IMG/VR virus record: IMGVR_UViG_3300036770_006893
Location: 62,001 to 126,000 of that record
Strand: one strand, 5' to 3'
Length of the DNA stretch: 64,000 bases
The notes below the pieces were generated by a model. It had not been told where the DNA came from. It saw only the letters and a program-made list of their open reading frames with translations, and ran no database searches. The position numbers were made by a program, and so were the translations under genes. Shown in pieces: positions 10,109-20,100 of this stretch (position 1 is the stretch's first letter; each line of letters opens with the position of its first letter).

Positions 10109-11167
10109 ATGCCAGCCGCTATTCATAATTTCTCAATAGAGTCTGGATCAGACTTTCAAATTACTTTTAGATATTTAGACCTTAATCAAAATCCAATAGA
10201 TCTAACTGATTATTGTGTTTCTTTTCTATGGAGACCTGTTGATGGATTAGGTTCTCCAAAAGCCTTTTCGTCTAGTGAGAATAGTAGTTTGTTTGTTAAT
10301 GGCTATAACCTCACATTAACAACATCTGGCGACATTATAATAGCCATGTCGGCTGCTTTTACTAAAGCAATAAATTGGACGAATGGAGTATATGACCTAT
10401 ACCTTTCTCAAAAATCCCCCACTTTCGCCAAAAAATTTAGACTCTCCACAGGCACTATCACTATACTGCCAAATAATTTCCCTGAATGTGCAACGAATAC
10501 TGCCGGATATTGTGCGGATTGTGAGTCTCTAGCATACGATCCAACCGAACCAGAATTGACTTCCACGCCAACGCCGAGTAACGGATCTGTACCTCAACCA
10601 ACCCCTACTCCAGATACCAATCTCTGTGACTTGGTTTGCGACGGACTAGACCTATATTCTGAGATGTATACTGGCTCATCCATAACAATCGATGACAACA
10701 GCGCTAGCTCTGGAACAATATCAATATCAGATATGCGTGAGATACAGAATATAGAGTTGTTTGTTAATAAGCTAAAGCACCAGCATCCACAAGATTTGGC
10801 TTTTGTATTAGTTACGCCGAACCAGGATAAGATTCTATTGTCTGCCCATAATAAGATATTAAACAATAATATTGTTAATGGATTTAATTTTGTGATCTCC
10901 AATAAGGCTGTTCCTGGAACTTATATAAATAATGTGGCAAATATACCTTACCAAATACCTTATGTTAACATACTAGATAAAAGGTCTTCATATAATTTTA
11001 ATAACGAAACACTATTGGCTGATTTTGACCATCTTATTGGCACCTCACCAAGCGGCGATTGGACATTAATAATTAAAGATGATGACATCGGCACATCTGG
11101 ATCTATATCAGATTGGGGTTTGGTAATAGCATATAAGCCTCCTCCATTTACTATAGATGAAATATGA
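10109..11167 (+). CDS. Structural protein: N-terminal BppU-like beta domain, Pro/Thr linker, C-terminal proprotein-convertase P-domain
   Basis: N-terminus FSIESGSDFQITFRYLD...PIDLTDY; PTPTP linker; P-domain pattern IQNIELFVNKLKHQHPQDLAFVLVTP...GDWTLIIKDDDIGTSGSISDWGLVI. Confidence 0.7.
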   Translation: MPAAIHNFSIESGSDFQITFRYLDLNQNPIDLTDYCVSFLWRPVDGLGSPKAFSSSENSSLFVNGYNLTLTTSGDIIIAMSAAFTKAINWTNGVYDLYLSQKSPTFAKKFRLSTGTITILPNNFPECATNTAGYCADCESLAYDPTEPELTSTPTPSNGSVPQPTPTPDTNLCDLVCDGLDLYSEMYTGSSITIDDNSASSGTISISDMREIQNIELFVNKLKHQHPQDLAFVLVTPNQDKILLSAHNKILNNNIVNGFNFVISNKAVPGTYINNVANIPYQIPYVNILDKRSSYNFNNETLLADFDHLIGTSPSGDWTLIIKDDDIGTSGSISDWGLVIAYKPPPFTIDEI

Positions 11168-11382
11168 CAATATCCGAAATAACCACAGGAATAGCGTACG
11201 TTTATGCTGCTATACCCAATAATTTTACAATATCATCAATTGATTCTTTATCAAATACAATATCGTTGTCACCAGTTTTAGCTAGTTCGCTAGTAAATTT
11301 AACCCAAGACTCTATTGTTGAAATAGTCCCTAGTCCATCATTAGTAGCAATTGTTTATAATACGAATGACACTAATATCTGA
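11164..11382 (+). CDS. Small hypothetical protein
   Basis: 72 aa, ATGA coupling to the upstream gene. Confidence 0.45.
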   Translation: MTISEITTGIAYVYAAIPNNFTISSIDSLSNTISLSPVLASSLVNLTQDSIVEIVPSPSLVAIVYNTNDTNI

Positions 11383-11869
11383 ATCTTTTAAAAACCTTTT
11401 TAACAAATCCATCGACGAGCTCTTGAAAAAGAATGCTCTTACGTCCTTATGTACATTAAAATTTACTAATTTTTTTGTAACTCTTTGTGATAACTGTATC
11501 TATGATAATATATCAAAAAATTCTTCTGGATATTATAATAATATCGGCCCAATACCTTTTGAGTCTGGTTCTGTATGTCCGGTATGTATGGGGCAGGGTA
11601 GTATAAAAAATAATAGTAACGAATACGACACCTATCTTGCTGTAATCTTTGATAGTAAATACTTTATTAATATATCTAATTCTGTTGTAAATATTCCAAA
11701 TTCTTCCATACAAACAATTTGTAGTACCAAAGAACTATCTTTTATATCCACATGTAGTGAGCTTATAGTTAAGGATCACCCAACCAGAATTTATGAGAGA
11801 GCTTCGGAGCCTATGCTGTGCGGTCTAGGTAATTTAGATTATATTATTACTATGTGGAATAAAAAATAA
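11366..11869 (+). CDS. Hypothetical structural protein with CxxC...CxxC motif (possible head closure/neck protein)
   Basis: ATG at 11366 (MTLISESFK); LCDNC and VCPVC pairs; position in the neck cluster. Confidence 0.5.
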   Translation: MTLISESFKNLFNKSIDELLKKNALTSLCTLKFTNFFVTLCDNCIYDNISKNSSGYYNNIGPIPFESGSVCPVCMGQGSIKNNSNEYDTYLAVIFDSKYFINISNSVVNIPNSSIQTICSTKELSFISTCSELIVKDHPTRIYERASEPMLCGLGNLDYIITMWNKK

Positions 11870-12516
11870 TGACTAAAATTAATATATCTTTATTAGAATC
11901 TGACGCACAAATATCGAAACTAATTTTTAAAGAACTAAAAAATAAATTAGAATCAGCGTTTAAATTAATTCCAAATAAAATTTCTTCGCCATTAAAAGAT
12001 ATAGTTTCCAATGCTCTAAAGTCAGAACCAGAATATTCATCTTTAAAATCGGGTAGATTAAAATATGAAATGGGTATATACGACACGTCTTCAGTAGATA
12101 AAGTCATAGATGGTCTAGTAAACACCCTCGATACACAGCTCTCTCCAATAAAATTTACTTCGTCGTCTCTTGTGGGCGGAATAACAATAACTATGATGAG
12201 AAGTAGTGACCTAGGGGGTGTAATTAATAGTCCAGATGCTTATGTTGTTGATAGCTCAAGAGGATATTCTCTACCTTGGTTAGAATGGCTGTTGCTCAGA
12301 GGTAACGAGGTCATAGTTGCTGGACACACAGTTAAAATAGGCCCTAATTCTGCTTCTCGCACAGGCAACGCCCTGATGATTAAGTCAAATGGTAATTGGA
12401 GGGTTCCGCCTGAATTTGTAGGCAATGAACAAAATAATTGGACAACAAGAGCATTATCCGCCACAGAATTATCAATAAACAGGCTTATAGAATCAGCTAT
12501 AAGAGAATCCATATGA
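11869..12516 (+). CDS. Hypothetical neck-region protein
   Basis: 215 aa, TAATG coupling; lies between connector-like genes and the tail tube gene. Confidence 0.5.
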   Translation: MTKINISLLESDAQISKLIFKELKNKLESAFKLIPNKISSPLKDIVSNALKSEPEYSSLKSGRLKYEMGIYDTSSVDKVIDGLVNTLDTQLSPIKFTSSSLVGGITITMMRSSDLGGVINSPDAYVVDSSRGYSLPWLEWLLLRGNEVIVAGHTVKIGPNSASRTGNALMIKSNGNWRVPPEFVGNEQNNWTTRALSATELSINRLIESAIRESI

Positions 12517-13454
12517 CATACATGTTCCAGTCTGTTACTAGTATTAGTGAAAAACTATTATTTTCGTCTCTCGAAGATAATATTAAAAGTTTTTTGGATT
12601 GGGGCTTTTTAAATATTGGCGGTTTTGTAAATGTGAATATTCCCACATCAGGTATGTCTAATGGAGAGTTTAATCTACTCAAGCCATCACCAGACCCTAC
12701 CGCTAAACCCGGATGCGTTTGGGAGGCTGTAAGAAAAGATTGGGTATGTGAAACTGGTGTTTCCTATAAATCTTCTTCTCCTGTTACTGTTAGTGGTATT
12801 TTTGTTGATAATAATTTCTTGCCATTACCAACAGATAATTCTGGTCCATATTACATCAACTATCCTCTTGGTCAAGTTGTTTTTAGTAGTCCACAGAGGT
12901 CCACAGCTAAAATATCTGTAAGTTATTCATATAGATATATACAGGTATATAAGTCTACTGATTCTATATGGTGGAAAGAATTACAGCAATTATCATATGA
13001 CCCAAACTGGTCAAATACAAATAAGCCAGATTTAGTAATGGTTAATCATAGGGTTCAAATGCCAACTATTATCGTAGAGAATACAGCAAGAACCATACAA
13101 ATACCATATGAATTAGGTAATGTTAAAAATATAATGGGTCAAGATATTTTGTTACATATTTTTGCTGAAAACCCTACTCAGTTAAATTCTATAATAGATA
13201 TTTTATTGCTACAAAAAGAAAAACAGGCCCATTTATATAATATCAATAAAATTATAGAAAATAATGTTAGCTTATTAGATTATCTTGGTAGAAAAAATAT
13301 CAACGGCTTAAATTATGGTCAAATTCTTAGCGACCCCACATACAAAAGCAATGTTTTTTACATTCATGATGCTTCTGTGTCCGAAACCAATAAGATATCT
13401 TCTTCTATATATAATGGTGTAGTGAGATGGCATATAAGAATTTTTCCGATATAG
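12513..13454 (+). CDS. Probable tail completion/terminator-like protein
   Basis: ATG at 12513 overlaps the upstream TGA. The C-terminal alpha/beta pattern (QDILLHIFAENPTQLNSIIDILL) and its position just before the tube gene fit; inferred from synteny. Confidence 0.45.
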   Translation: MTYMFQSVTSISEKLLFSSLEDNIKSFLDWGFLNIGGFVNVNIPTSGMSNGEFNLLKPSPDPTAKPGCVWEAVRKDWVCETGVSYKSSSPVTVSGIFVDNNFLPLPTDNSGPYYINYPLGQVVFSSPQRSTAKISVSYSYRYIQVYKSTDSIWWKELQQLSYDPNWSNTNKPDLVMVNHRVQMPTIIVENTARTIQIPYELGNVKNIMGQDILLHIFAENPTQLNSIIDILLLQKEKQAHLYNINKIIENNVSLLDYLGRKNINGLNYGQILSDPTYKSNVFYIHDASVSETNKISSSIYNGVVRWHIRIFPI

Positions 13455-13458
13455 GTTT

Positions 13459-13469
13459 TTTTGGTGTAT
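13459..13469 (+). promoter_or_regulatory. Candidate phage late-promoter motif TTTTGGTGTAT
   Basis: Second exact intergenic copy, 67 bp upstream of the probable major tail protein. Confidence 0.4.
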
Positions 13470-13535
13470 TAATTTTTGGCTTTCCACACGACAATATAAT
13501 TCAAATCAAGTCCAAAAGTATTCTGGAGATAACAC

Positions 13536-14615
13536 ATGGCTACTAATAAAAGAGTTTTCTATGCATGCGAGGCCGTACAACTCCGTCCACTCAACTACGC
13601 AAATGGGTCATATACACCAGCAGGCGACTACCAAACACCACTAGGCGTTCAGAGCGTTGGAATGACCACAAACTTTAATTTAGAAAAAATCTTCACTCTA
13701 GGACAACTAGCTCAATACGAAAGTATTGAAAATAATCCAGAGATTGAAGTTACAATCAATAAAATTTTTGATGGCACTACCCCATTGTATTTATTGTGCA
13801 TGGGCGGCGAAAAATGGAATATTGGCGGCAGTTTAGTGGAACTCAATAATAATAGAGTAGATATGAAGTTTGCGATCTACAAAGATACCACAGACCTTGC
13901 TTTAGCAGCATCTGGCGTATCTAATATGGAATGTACCGGTATGTTTCTACAGAGTGTGACATGGACATTTCCCACTGATGGTAATGCTACAGAAGACGTT
14001 ACTCTTGTAGCATCAAACAAAAAATGGACAGCTGGTACAGCACCTACTGCTATAGGTGCAGAAACTGCAGCTCGTACTATTGTTAGAAGATGGAAATTCG
14101 ATCTCTCGAGCGGTGGAGAAACCTCCACTGTGCTACCAATAGGCGATGGAGGTATGAGGCCCGGATCACCATTAACTAGCGTTACCGTAAGCGCCGACCT
14201 TAATAGAGAGGCTATCTACACCCTAGGATCTTATGAAGTCTACGATAGATCGGTACAATTTCCTATTGAAATTACGTGTGAAATTGAAAGCTTAGCTATA
14301 GACGGTGATTTTATCAATATCGATGAAGTATCTTATGGTTGTGTTGATACCAACTCTACTAATAAGCTCAAAAATTTCCCCATTAAGTTTGCTTTATGTG
14401 GCAAAGATGCCGGAGATAAGTTGATTATAGACCTTGGCAATAAAAATAAATTAACTAGTATTAGTTATGGCGGTGGTGAGGCTGGTGGTGGTAATCTAAC
14501 TATTACATATAGTTTCACAACAGATAATACCCTGATTGTTACTCCTTTTGGAAGTTACGCAGATACTATTGCATGCTCTGTGAATCAACTAACCGGAGAG
14601 AAAATTTGTAACTGA
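13536..14615 (+). CDS. Probable major tail (tube) protein
   Basis: 359 aa, beta-rich (GVQSVGMTTNFNLEKIFTLGQLAQYE; EIEVTINK; ITYSF), strong GGAG RBS, canonical position upstream of the chaperones and TMP. Confidence 0.7.
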   Translation: MATNKRVFYACEAVQLRPLNYANGSYTPAGDYQTPLGVQSVGMTTNFNLEKIFTLGQLAQYESIENNPEIEVTINKIFDGTTPLYLLCMGGEKWNIGGSLVELNNNRVDMKFAIYKDTTDLALAASGVSNMECTGMFLQSVTWTFPTDGNATEDVTLVASNKKWTAGTAPTAIGAETAARTIVRRWKFDLSSGGETSTVLPIGDGGMRPGSPLTSVTVSADLNREAIYTLGSYEVYDRSVQFPIEITCEIESLAIDGDFINIDEVSYGCVDTNSTNKLKNFPIKFALCGKDAGDKLIIDLGNKNKLTSISYGGGEAGGGNLTITYSFTTDNTLIVTPFGSYADTIACSVNQLTGEKICN

Positions 14616-14669
14616 TAATTTATTAGCCTTAAAGATATAAATAAAATTAGGACACAAGGATTTTAGCCA

Positions 14670-14789
14670 ATGGAAGAATTATATACTATTATAGGAAAAA
14701 TGTATGTTGAAATAATCAATATGCAAAAATATATAGAGCTATTAAGATCTCAAAATAGTTCGAAGGAAGAATCTAATAAAAATAACTAA
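14670..14789 (+). CDS. Small 39-aa protein missed by the ORF track (MEELYTIIGKMYVEIINMQKYIELLRSQNSSKEESNKNN)
   Basis: AAGGA at 14656-14660, ATG at 14670, TAA at 14787-14789; fills the gap between the tube and chaperone genes. Confidence 0.5.
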   Translation: MEELYTIIGKMYVEIINMQKYIELLRSQNSSKEESNKNN

Positions 14790-14795
14790 TGATTA

Positions 14796-15839
14796 ATGAA
14801 TAATGATAACGATATAGAAAATTTTTTATATAGAATATTATGTGGATATACATGTTTTGAGTATAATGACGAACAGTATATACTAAAATCACCAAATAGT
14901 GATATTAGATACAGGGCCACTATACTATATAACAAAATTATATCAGAAGAGAAATATCATAATTGGATTCGAGAGGAAAACATCGAAGCCACAATGATAT
15001 CTTCTGGTGTTTGGGGCAGGAATACTGAGGATGTCATAAAGGGATTGTATAAAAGGTTGGATGATTTAAAAATACAACTTTATAAATCGTGGATTATGCC
15101 AAGTCAACAAAAACCTATTAGAAAAAATATTGAACATATAAAGAGAGAATTAAATAAAATTCTATCTATTAAAAATAACTTCTATAATCATACATTAGAA
15201 GGCTACGCTAGCTCTATCAAAAATGAATATATTATATGTCAAACACTATATAAAAATACTAAACTGGTTTTTGATTTTAATAATATATCAAGCTCTAAAA
15301 GCTATTTAGACTTTAATAATATAAGTCAAGAGATAGAAGCTTTAACAGTCAATATATCAGATATCAAAAAATTAGCCAGATCGCCATCTTGGAAGTCCTA
15401 CTGGACTGCTAATAAAAATCACTCGGTATTTTCTGGTCCAGTTTCTGAATGGTCAGAAGAACAGCGACTTTTGTATAAGCTATCTCAAATGTATGATAAT
15501 ATATATGAGCATCCAGAATGTCCAGAGGACATAGTAATAGAGGACGACGATATGTTAGATGGCTGGTTATTACTACAACAAAGAGAAAGGGTTAAGGCTA
15601 AAAAACAAAAATCTTTGGAGCTCAATAATAAAAAGATCAAAGACTCGAATGAAGTATTCTTATTCCCCAAAAGTCAAGAAGAATTTGCAGATGTTATGGC
15701 CCTAAATTCCGATGAGGCTAGATTGGATATTCAAGAAAAAATGAGATTTATAGAGGCTAAGGGCTCAGCTGAAGATAGCGAATTGCCTGATGTTAAACGC
15801 AATATACAATTACAATTAAATGCTCTAAATAAGAGGTAA
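14796..15839 (+). CDS. Probable tail assembly chaperone
   Basis: Helical and charged; the C-terminal part (LSQMYDNIYEHPECPEDIVIEDDDMLDGWL) resembles gpT-like segments; lies between tube and TMP. Confidence 0.5.
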   Translation: MNNDNDIENFLYRILCGYTCFEYNDEQYILKSPNSDIRYRATILYNKIISEEKYHNWIREENIEATMISSGVWGRNTEDVIKGLYKRLDDLKIQLYKSWIMPSQQKPIRKNIEHIKRELNKILSIKNNFYNHTLEGYASSIKNEYIICQTLYKNTKLVFDFNNISSSKSYLDFNNISQEIEALTVNISDIKKLARSPSWKSYWTANKNHSVFSGPVSEWSEEQRLLYKLSQMYDNIYEHPECPEDIVIEDDDMLDGWLLLQQRERVKAKKQKSLELNNKKIKDSNEVFLFPKSQEEFADVMALNSDEARLDIQEKMRFIEAKGSAEDSELPDVKRNIQLQLNALNKR

Positions 15840-15844
15840 AAATA

Positions 15845-16159
15845 ATGAATCAAAAAGAAAATAAATTAATCAAAAATATAGAAAAAAAATTTACAACAAT
15901 TATGATAGGTGCTCTCGCTAGATTCGAAAATAATTTCGGTTATTTGTGGGATGAAAATTCACAAAATGGCGATGACTTTTATAATAAATGGGAAAAAACT
16001 AGGAACGAAATTTTAAATTTTGGCAACAACCAGCTGAGACTTGGAGTAGAAGAACTATACGAATTTTTTATCTATAATAAAAAAATAGGATCATATCACT
16101 ATAAGTTTGACACAAAAAACAGCTATAATAACACCAAACAAGGAGATAATCAGCAATGA
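15845..16159 (+). CDS. Hypothetical protein
   Basis: 104 aa, coupled to the downstream gene by an ATGA overlap. Confidence 0.55.
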   Translation: MNQKENKLIKNIEKKFTTIMIGALARFENNFGYLWDENSQNGDDFYNKWEKTRNEILNFGNNQLRLGVEELYEFFIYNKKIGSYHYKFDTKNSYNNTKQGDNQQ

Positions 16160-17073
16160 ACACAAAAACTTTTACCGCTACAGTAAACGACAAAAATATA
16201 GAACTTATGGTTAAAACACCGTCTTTACAAGATCAAAGAGAGGGTCAAAAAATATACAATCAAGCCTTTACGGATGCTATAAAGTCGAAAAGCGTAGTAA
16301 GAGCAAAACTAGATGATTTACTACAAGAACAAGGATTGTGGAATGACGAAAAACAGGCCCAATTCACTAGCCTGCAAAAAGAACTATTAGAGGGTGAAAA
16401 GAAACTTGCTAAAGGAGGCTTTAGTATTCAGGAAGCGAAATCACTAGCTCTTAAAATGAGGCTAATTAGAGAAGAAATAAGAGACTTAATAAGTGTTAGA
16501 ACATCGCTAGATAATCATAGCGCTGAAGGACAGGCAGATAATGCTAGATTTAATTACTTAGTATCTGTTTGCGTGGTGTATAAAGATTCTGGAAAGCCCT
16601 ATTTTAATAGCTTAGAAGAGTACCTAAATAGTTCCGATAACCCTGTTGCTATGCTAGGTGCCCAAACTTTGGCCGGTATGATTTATGGACTAGATAATAA
16701 TTTTGAAAAAACTTTGCCAGAAAATAAATTTTTGCACAAATACAAATTTGTTGACGAAAAACTAAGACTAATAGACAAACAAGGAAGACTAATTGATGCA
16801 GAAGGACGGCTTATTGACGACAACGGCAGATATATCGACGAGCAGGGTAATTATGTTGATAAATTTGGAAACAAGGTGGATAAAGATGGCGAATATGTTG
16901 TTGAGCAGCAGCCTTTTCTTGATGAAAACGGAAACCCTATTATTCTCGAATCGGATAAGCCAAATGATAAAGACGCAACTACTGTTGAGCCCAGTGCTAA
17001 TAAACCATCTGAAGCTAATGATAGCAAGCCTGTTGAAGCAGCAGGAAAAGATGCCGTCTCATCTACTACTTAA
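16156..17073 (+). CDS. Probable tail assembly chaperone with 7-aa DxxG repeat tract
   Basis: GGAG RBS; coiled-coil middle; NFLVSVCVVY-like gpG-type segment (NYLVSVCVVYKDSGKPYF); heptad repeats at 16747-16938; immediately upstream of the TMP. Confidence 0.55.
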   Translation: MNTKTFTATVNDKNIELMVKTPSLQDQREGQKIYNQAFTDAIKSKSVVRAKLDDLLQEQGLWNDEKQAQFTSLQKELLEGEKKLAKGGFSIQEAKSLALKMRLIREEIRDLISVRTSLDNHSAEGQADNARFNYLVSVCVVYKDSGKPYFNSLEEYLNSSDNPVAMLGAQTLAGMIYGLDNNFEKTLPENKFLHKYKFVDEKLRLIDKQGRLIDAEGRLIDDNGRYIDEQGNYVDKFGNKVDKDGEYVVEQQPFLDENGNPIILESDKPNDKDATTVEPSANKPSEANDSKPVEAAGKDAVSSTT

Positions 17074-17104
17074 TCGAGTACTAAAACATTTCTATCAAGC
17101 TGAT

Positions 17105-17141
17105 AAACACCATGCTGCTAATAACAGCGTGGTGTTTTTTT
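17105..17141 (+). terminator. Intrinsic terminator-like hairpin
   Basis: 13-bp stem AAACACCATGCTG / CAGCGTGGTGTTT (one G-U pair), 7-nt loop CTAATAA, running into a T7 tract. Confidence 0.7.
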
Positions 17142-17161
17142 AACTAGGGGAAAGAAACTAT

Positions 17162-20100
17162 ATGGCATTTAATCTTACGGCAGAAATTAATTTACGCGGA
17201 CCCAGCAACATTAGGAACGTTGTTTCTAATATTAGAAGACAGTTAAATTCTATATCTGTTGACGTATCTCCTTCGGTTAGGAACTCAGATATAAGGTCTA
17301 TAGCAACAACTATTAGATCTAGACTAGCTGGTATTAGCATACCAGTGAATATTGCTGCAAGTAGTTCTTCTATAAGGGCTGTGTCTAGAAATATAAGGAC
17401 TGGAATAGGTAACGTAAACATTCCGGTGTCTGTCAATGTTAGCCAAAGAAGCTTATCGGCTGCCAGAAGGGATATCAATGCCCGACTTAATAACATCAGA
17501 GCAAATGTCAATGTCGTTGTTAATCCCGTTTCAGTTAGAAGTGCTGCTGCTCTTAATGCCAATCTTACCAATCTTAATCAAACATTGACTAATGTCACCG
17601 CGTCAGCGACTTCAGCAGCTACGGCAATCAGAGATTTATCTGCTGCTATGAGAGCAGCTGGCGGAGGAGCAAATGCTTTAACCCAAATTAATACTGCTTT
17701 AAATGTTACTACCAATAATGCATCATCAGCAAATGCAAGCATTAGAAATATGTCCGGAGAAATAGAAAATTTCGGAAGACAAGCGGGATTAGCAATTAGA
17801 AGATTTGCCGCGTTCACTACTGTTACATCTGTTTTTTATGGCTTGGCTAGATCTGTACAGTCTGGACTATCGGCATTTATAGAATTTGATAGGCAGCTAG
17901 TTAGAATATCTCAGGTTACTGGGGATAGCTTAAGTAGTATAAAAAATCTTTCTAATAGTATAACCTCTTTATCTCAACTATACGGAGTATCTTCTGAAAA
18001 ACTAGCTGAAGTAGCTGTTGTGTTGGCTCAAGCTGGGTTATCTGCTAAAGAAACTCAACAGTCTCTTGCGTCTTTAGCAAAGACTACACTGGCTCCATCG
18101 TTTGATAATATTAACGATACTGTGGAAGGTAGTATCGCACTAATGAGACAGTTTGGAATACAAAGTAATCAGCTAGAGCAAGCATTGGGTTCTGTTAACG
18201 CGGTAGCAGCAAAATTTGCTGTGGAAGCTGGTGATATTATTGCAGCTATTCAGAGAACTGGTGGTGTTTTTGCAGCTGCTAGCAAAGGCGTAAGCGAAGG
18301 AACCGATGCTCTTAATGAATTTATTTCTGTGTTTACCAGCGTACGAGCCACTACTCGTGAAAGCGCAGAAACAATCGCCACAGGTTTAAGAACTATTTTT
18401 ACAAGAATACAAAGAGGCGGGACTATAGAAGCCCTAAAAGATTTTGGTATTAGCCTAACGGACGTCGAGGGGAAGTTTGTTGGCGCCTACAAGGCTGTAG
18501 AGCTATTGAGTACTGGGCTATCCAAATTAGACCCAAGAGATTTAAGATTTAGTCAAATCGTAGAAGAGCTCGGCGGCTTTCGACAAATTGGTAAGGTTAT
18601 TCCACTTATTCAACAGTTTGCTACGGCACAAGACGCTCTTCGAGTAGCACAAACTGGTGCTGGTTCTTTATCGGAGGATGCGGCAAAGGGTCAATTAGCA
18701 CTCGCTGTGCAGATAGCAAGAGTAAGAGAAGAATTTTTAGCTCTTATTAGAAGCGTTGGCGATACGTCTAGCTTTAGAACTTTGGTTAAATTAGGGCTAG
18801 ACCTGGCCAGCTCTCTAGTCCAGGTAGCAGATGCTGCAAAAGAATTGATCCCGCTTATAGGAGCATTTGCGGCTTTTCGTGGGGCTCAATCATTAACTAG
18901 GTTTGCTGCTGGCTTTGCTGGCGGAATCAGAGGTACTCCAGCAAGAGGTTTTGCTAGTGGTGGTTATGTTCCTGGGTCTGGCAATAGAGATACTGTTCCT
19001 GCTATGCTTACCCCAGGAGAATTCGTCATTCGCAAAAAGGCTGTTGAAAAAATTGGCGTCAGCAGTTTATCTAGATTAAATCGTAATAATGGCGGCCCAG
19101 TGCCCGCTCAATATTTTGAAGATGGCGGACAAGTACAACGGTTTGGCATAGGAGGAGTTGCCAAGAAAGGTGTAAACTGGAAAAATCTGTCTAAAGGCAG
19201 GGGTAAAAAAGGGCCTCGCGGACCACGAGCCAGATTTGATTTACCGCAACCAGGAGATGCAGACTTTGCTAAATGGCAACGTGAAGTATACGCAGAGTAT
19301 GATGCCGATCCTTCCTTGCCAAGAGTAAGAGTAAATGGTATACCAATGCCACCTGAAATCGCCTATGTCAATGAATTGATAGGAGAGGAGATTTTTAGGC
19401 AAAATTTTAGAAGCCGTAAAAGCAAAAAATCTGGCAAGCTTAAAAAAACACCGCTAGGATTAATAATAAGTGCCGCAAAAATGCCCAGAGGTCCACGAGC
19501 ACCAGCTGGTGAGATGGAAAAAATTATGGCTGGATATCAGCAATCTCCTGAGTTTCAGAAAGAAGCCGTCGGGGCAGGATCTTCCTTATTTTCAACCCTA
19601 AAAGGACCATTAGCATCTTTTAAGAAAGGAGGTACTTTTGGTGGTGTGATAGCTCCAGGCTCAGAAAATGCCACAAAGATAAAGGGCGCTTTAGCGAAAC
19701 TACTGAGTCAGTCATCTGGACAAGATGCTACTAAAGCTAAAACAGCACTAGATAAATTCGATTCATTTATAGCTGGTTCAACACCAGAAAAACCTGGACA
19801 CGTCTCCCATTTTACCTGGGCTATGAATCAGATATTCAAGAAAGGAATAGCAACGTTTGGTAGAGGAGGAAGAGCCTCAAGAAGAATGGGGGTTTTTGAT
19901 TTTGATATGACAACTGGAATAACGAAACAAAAAGAAACACCAAGCCTGTCTGGTTTTAGAGATCCAAAATTAGCAGTGCCAGATATACTAGGAGCAACTC
20001 CAACTGGCCTGGTTGGCCTTATGCGTAGATATGGTGCTTCACAAATTCTTACAGCACGATCCGGTGGACCAAGAGGGGAGATGAGAAGAGCTCTCGGCAC

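Noticed and set aside
14796-17073. Programmed -1 frameshift G/GT chaperone pair
   Set aside because: The three ORFs have their own starts and stops, and I found no convincing slippery heptamer joining them.
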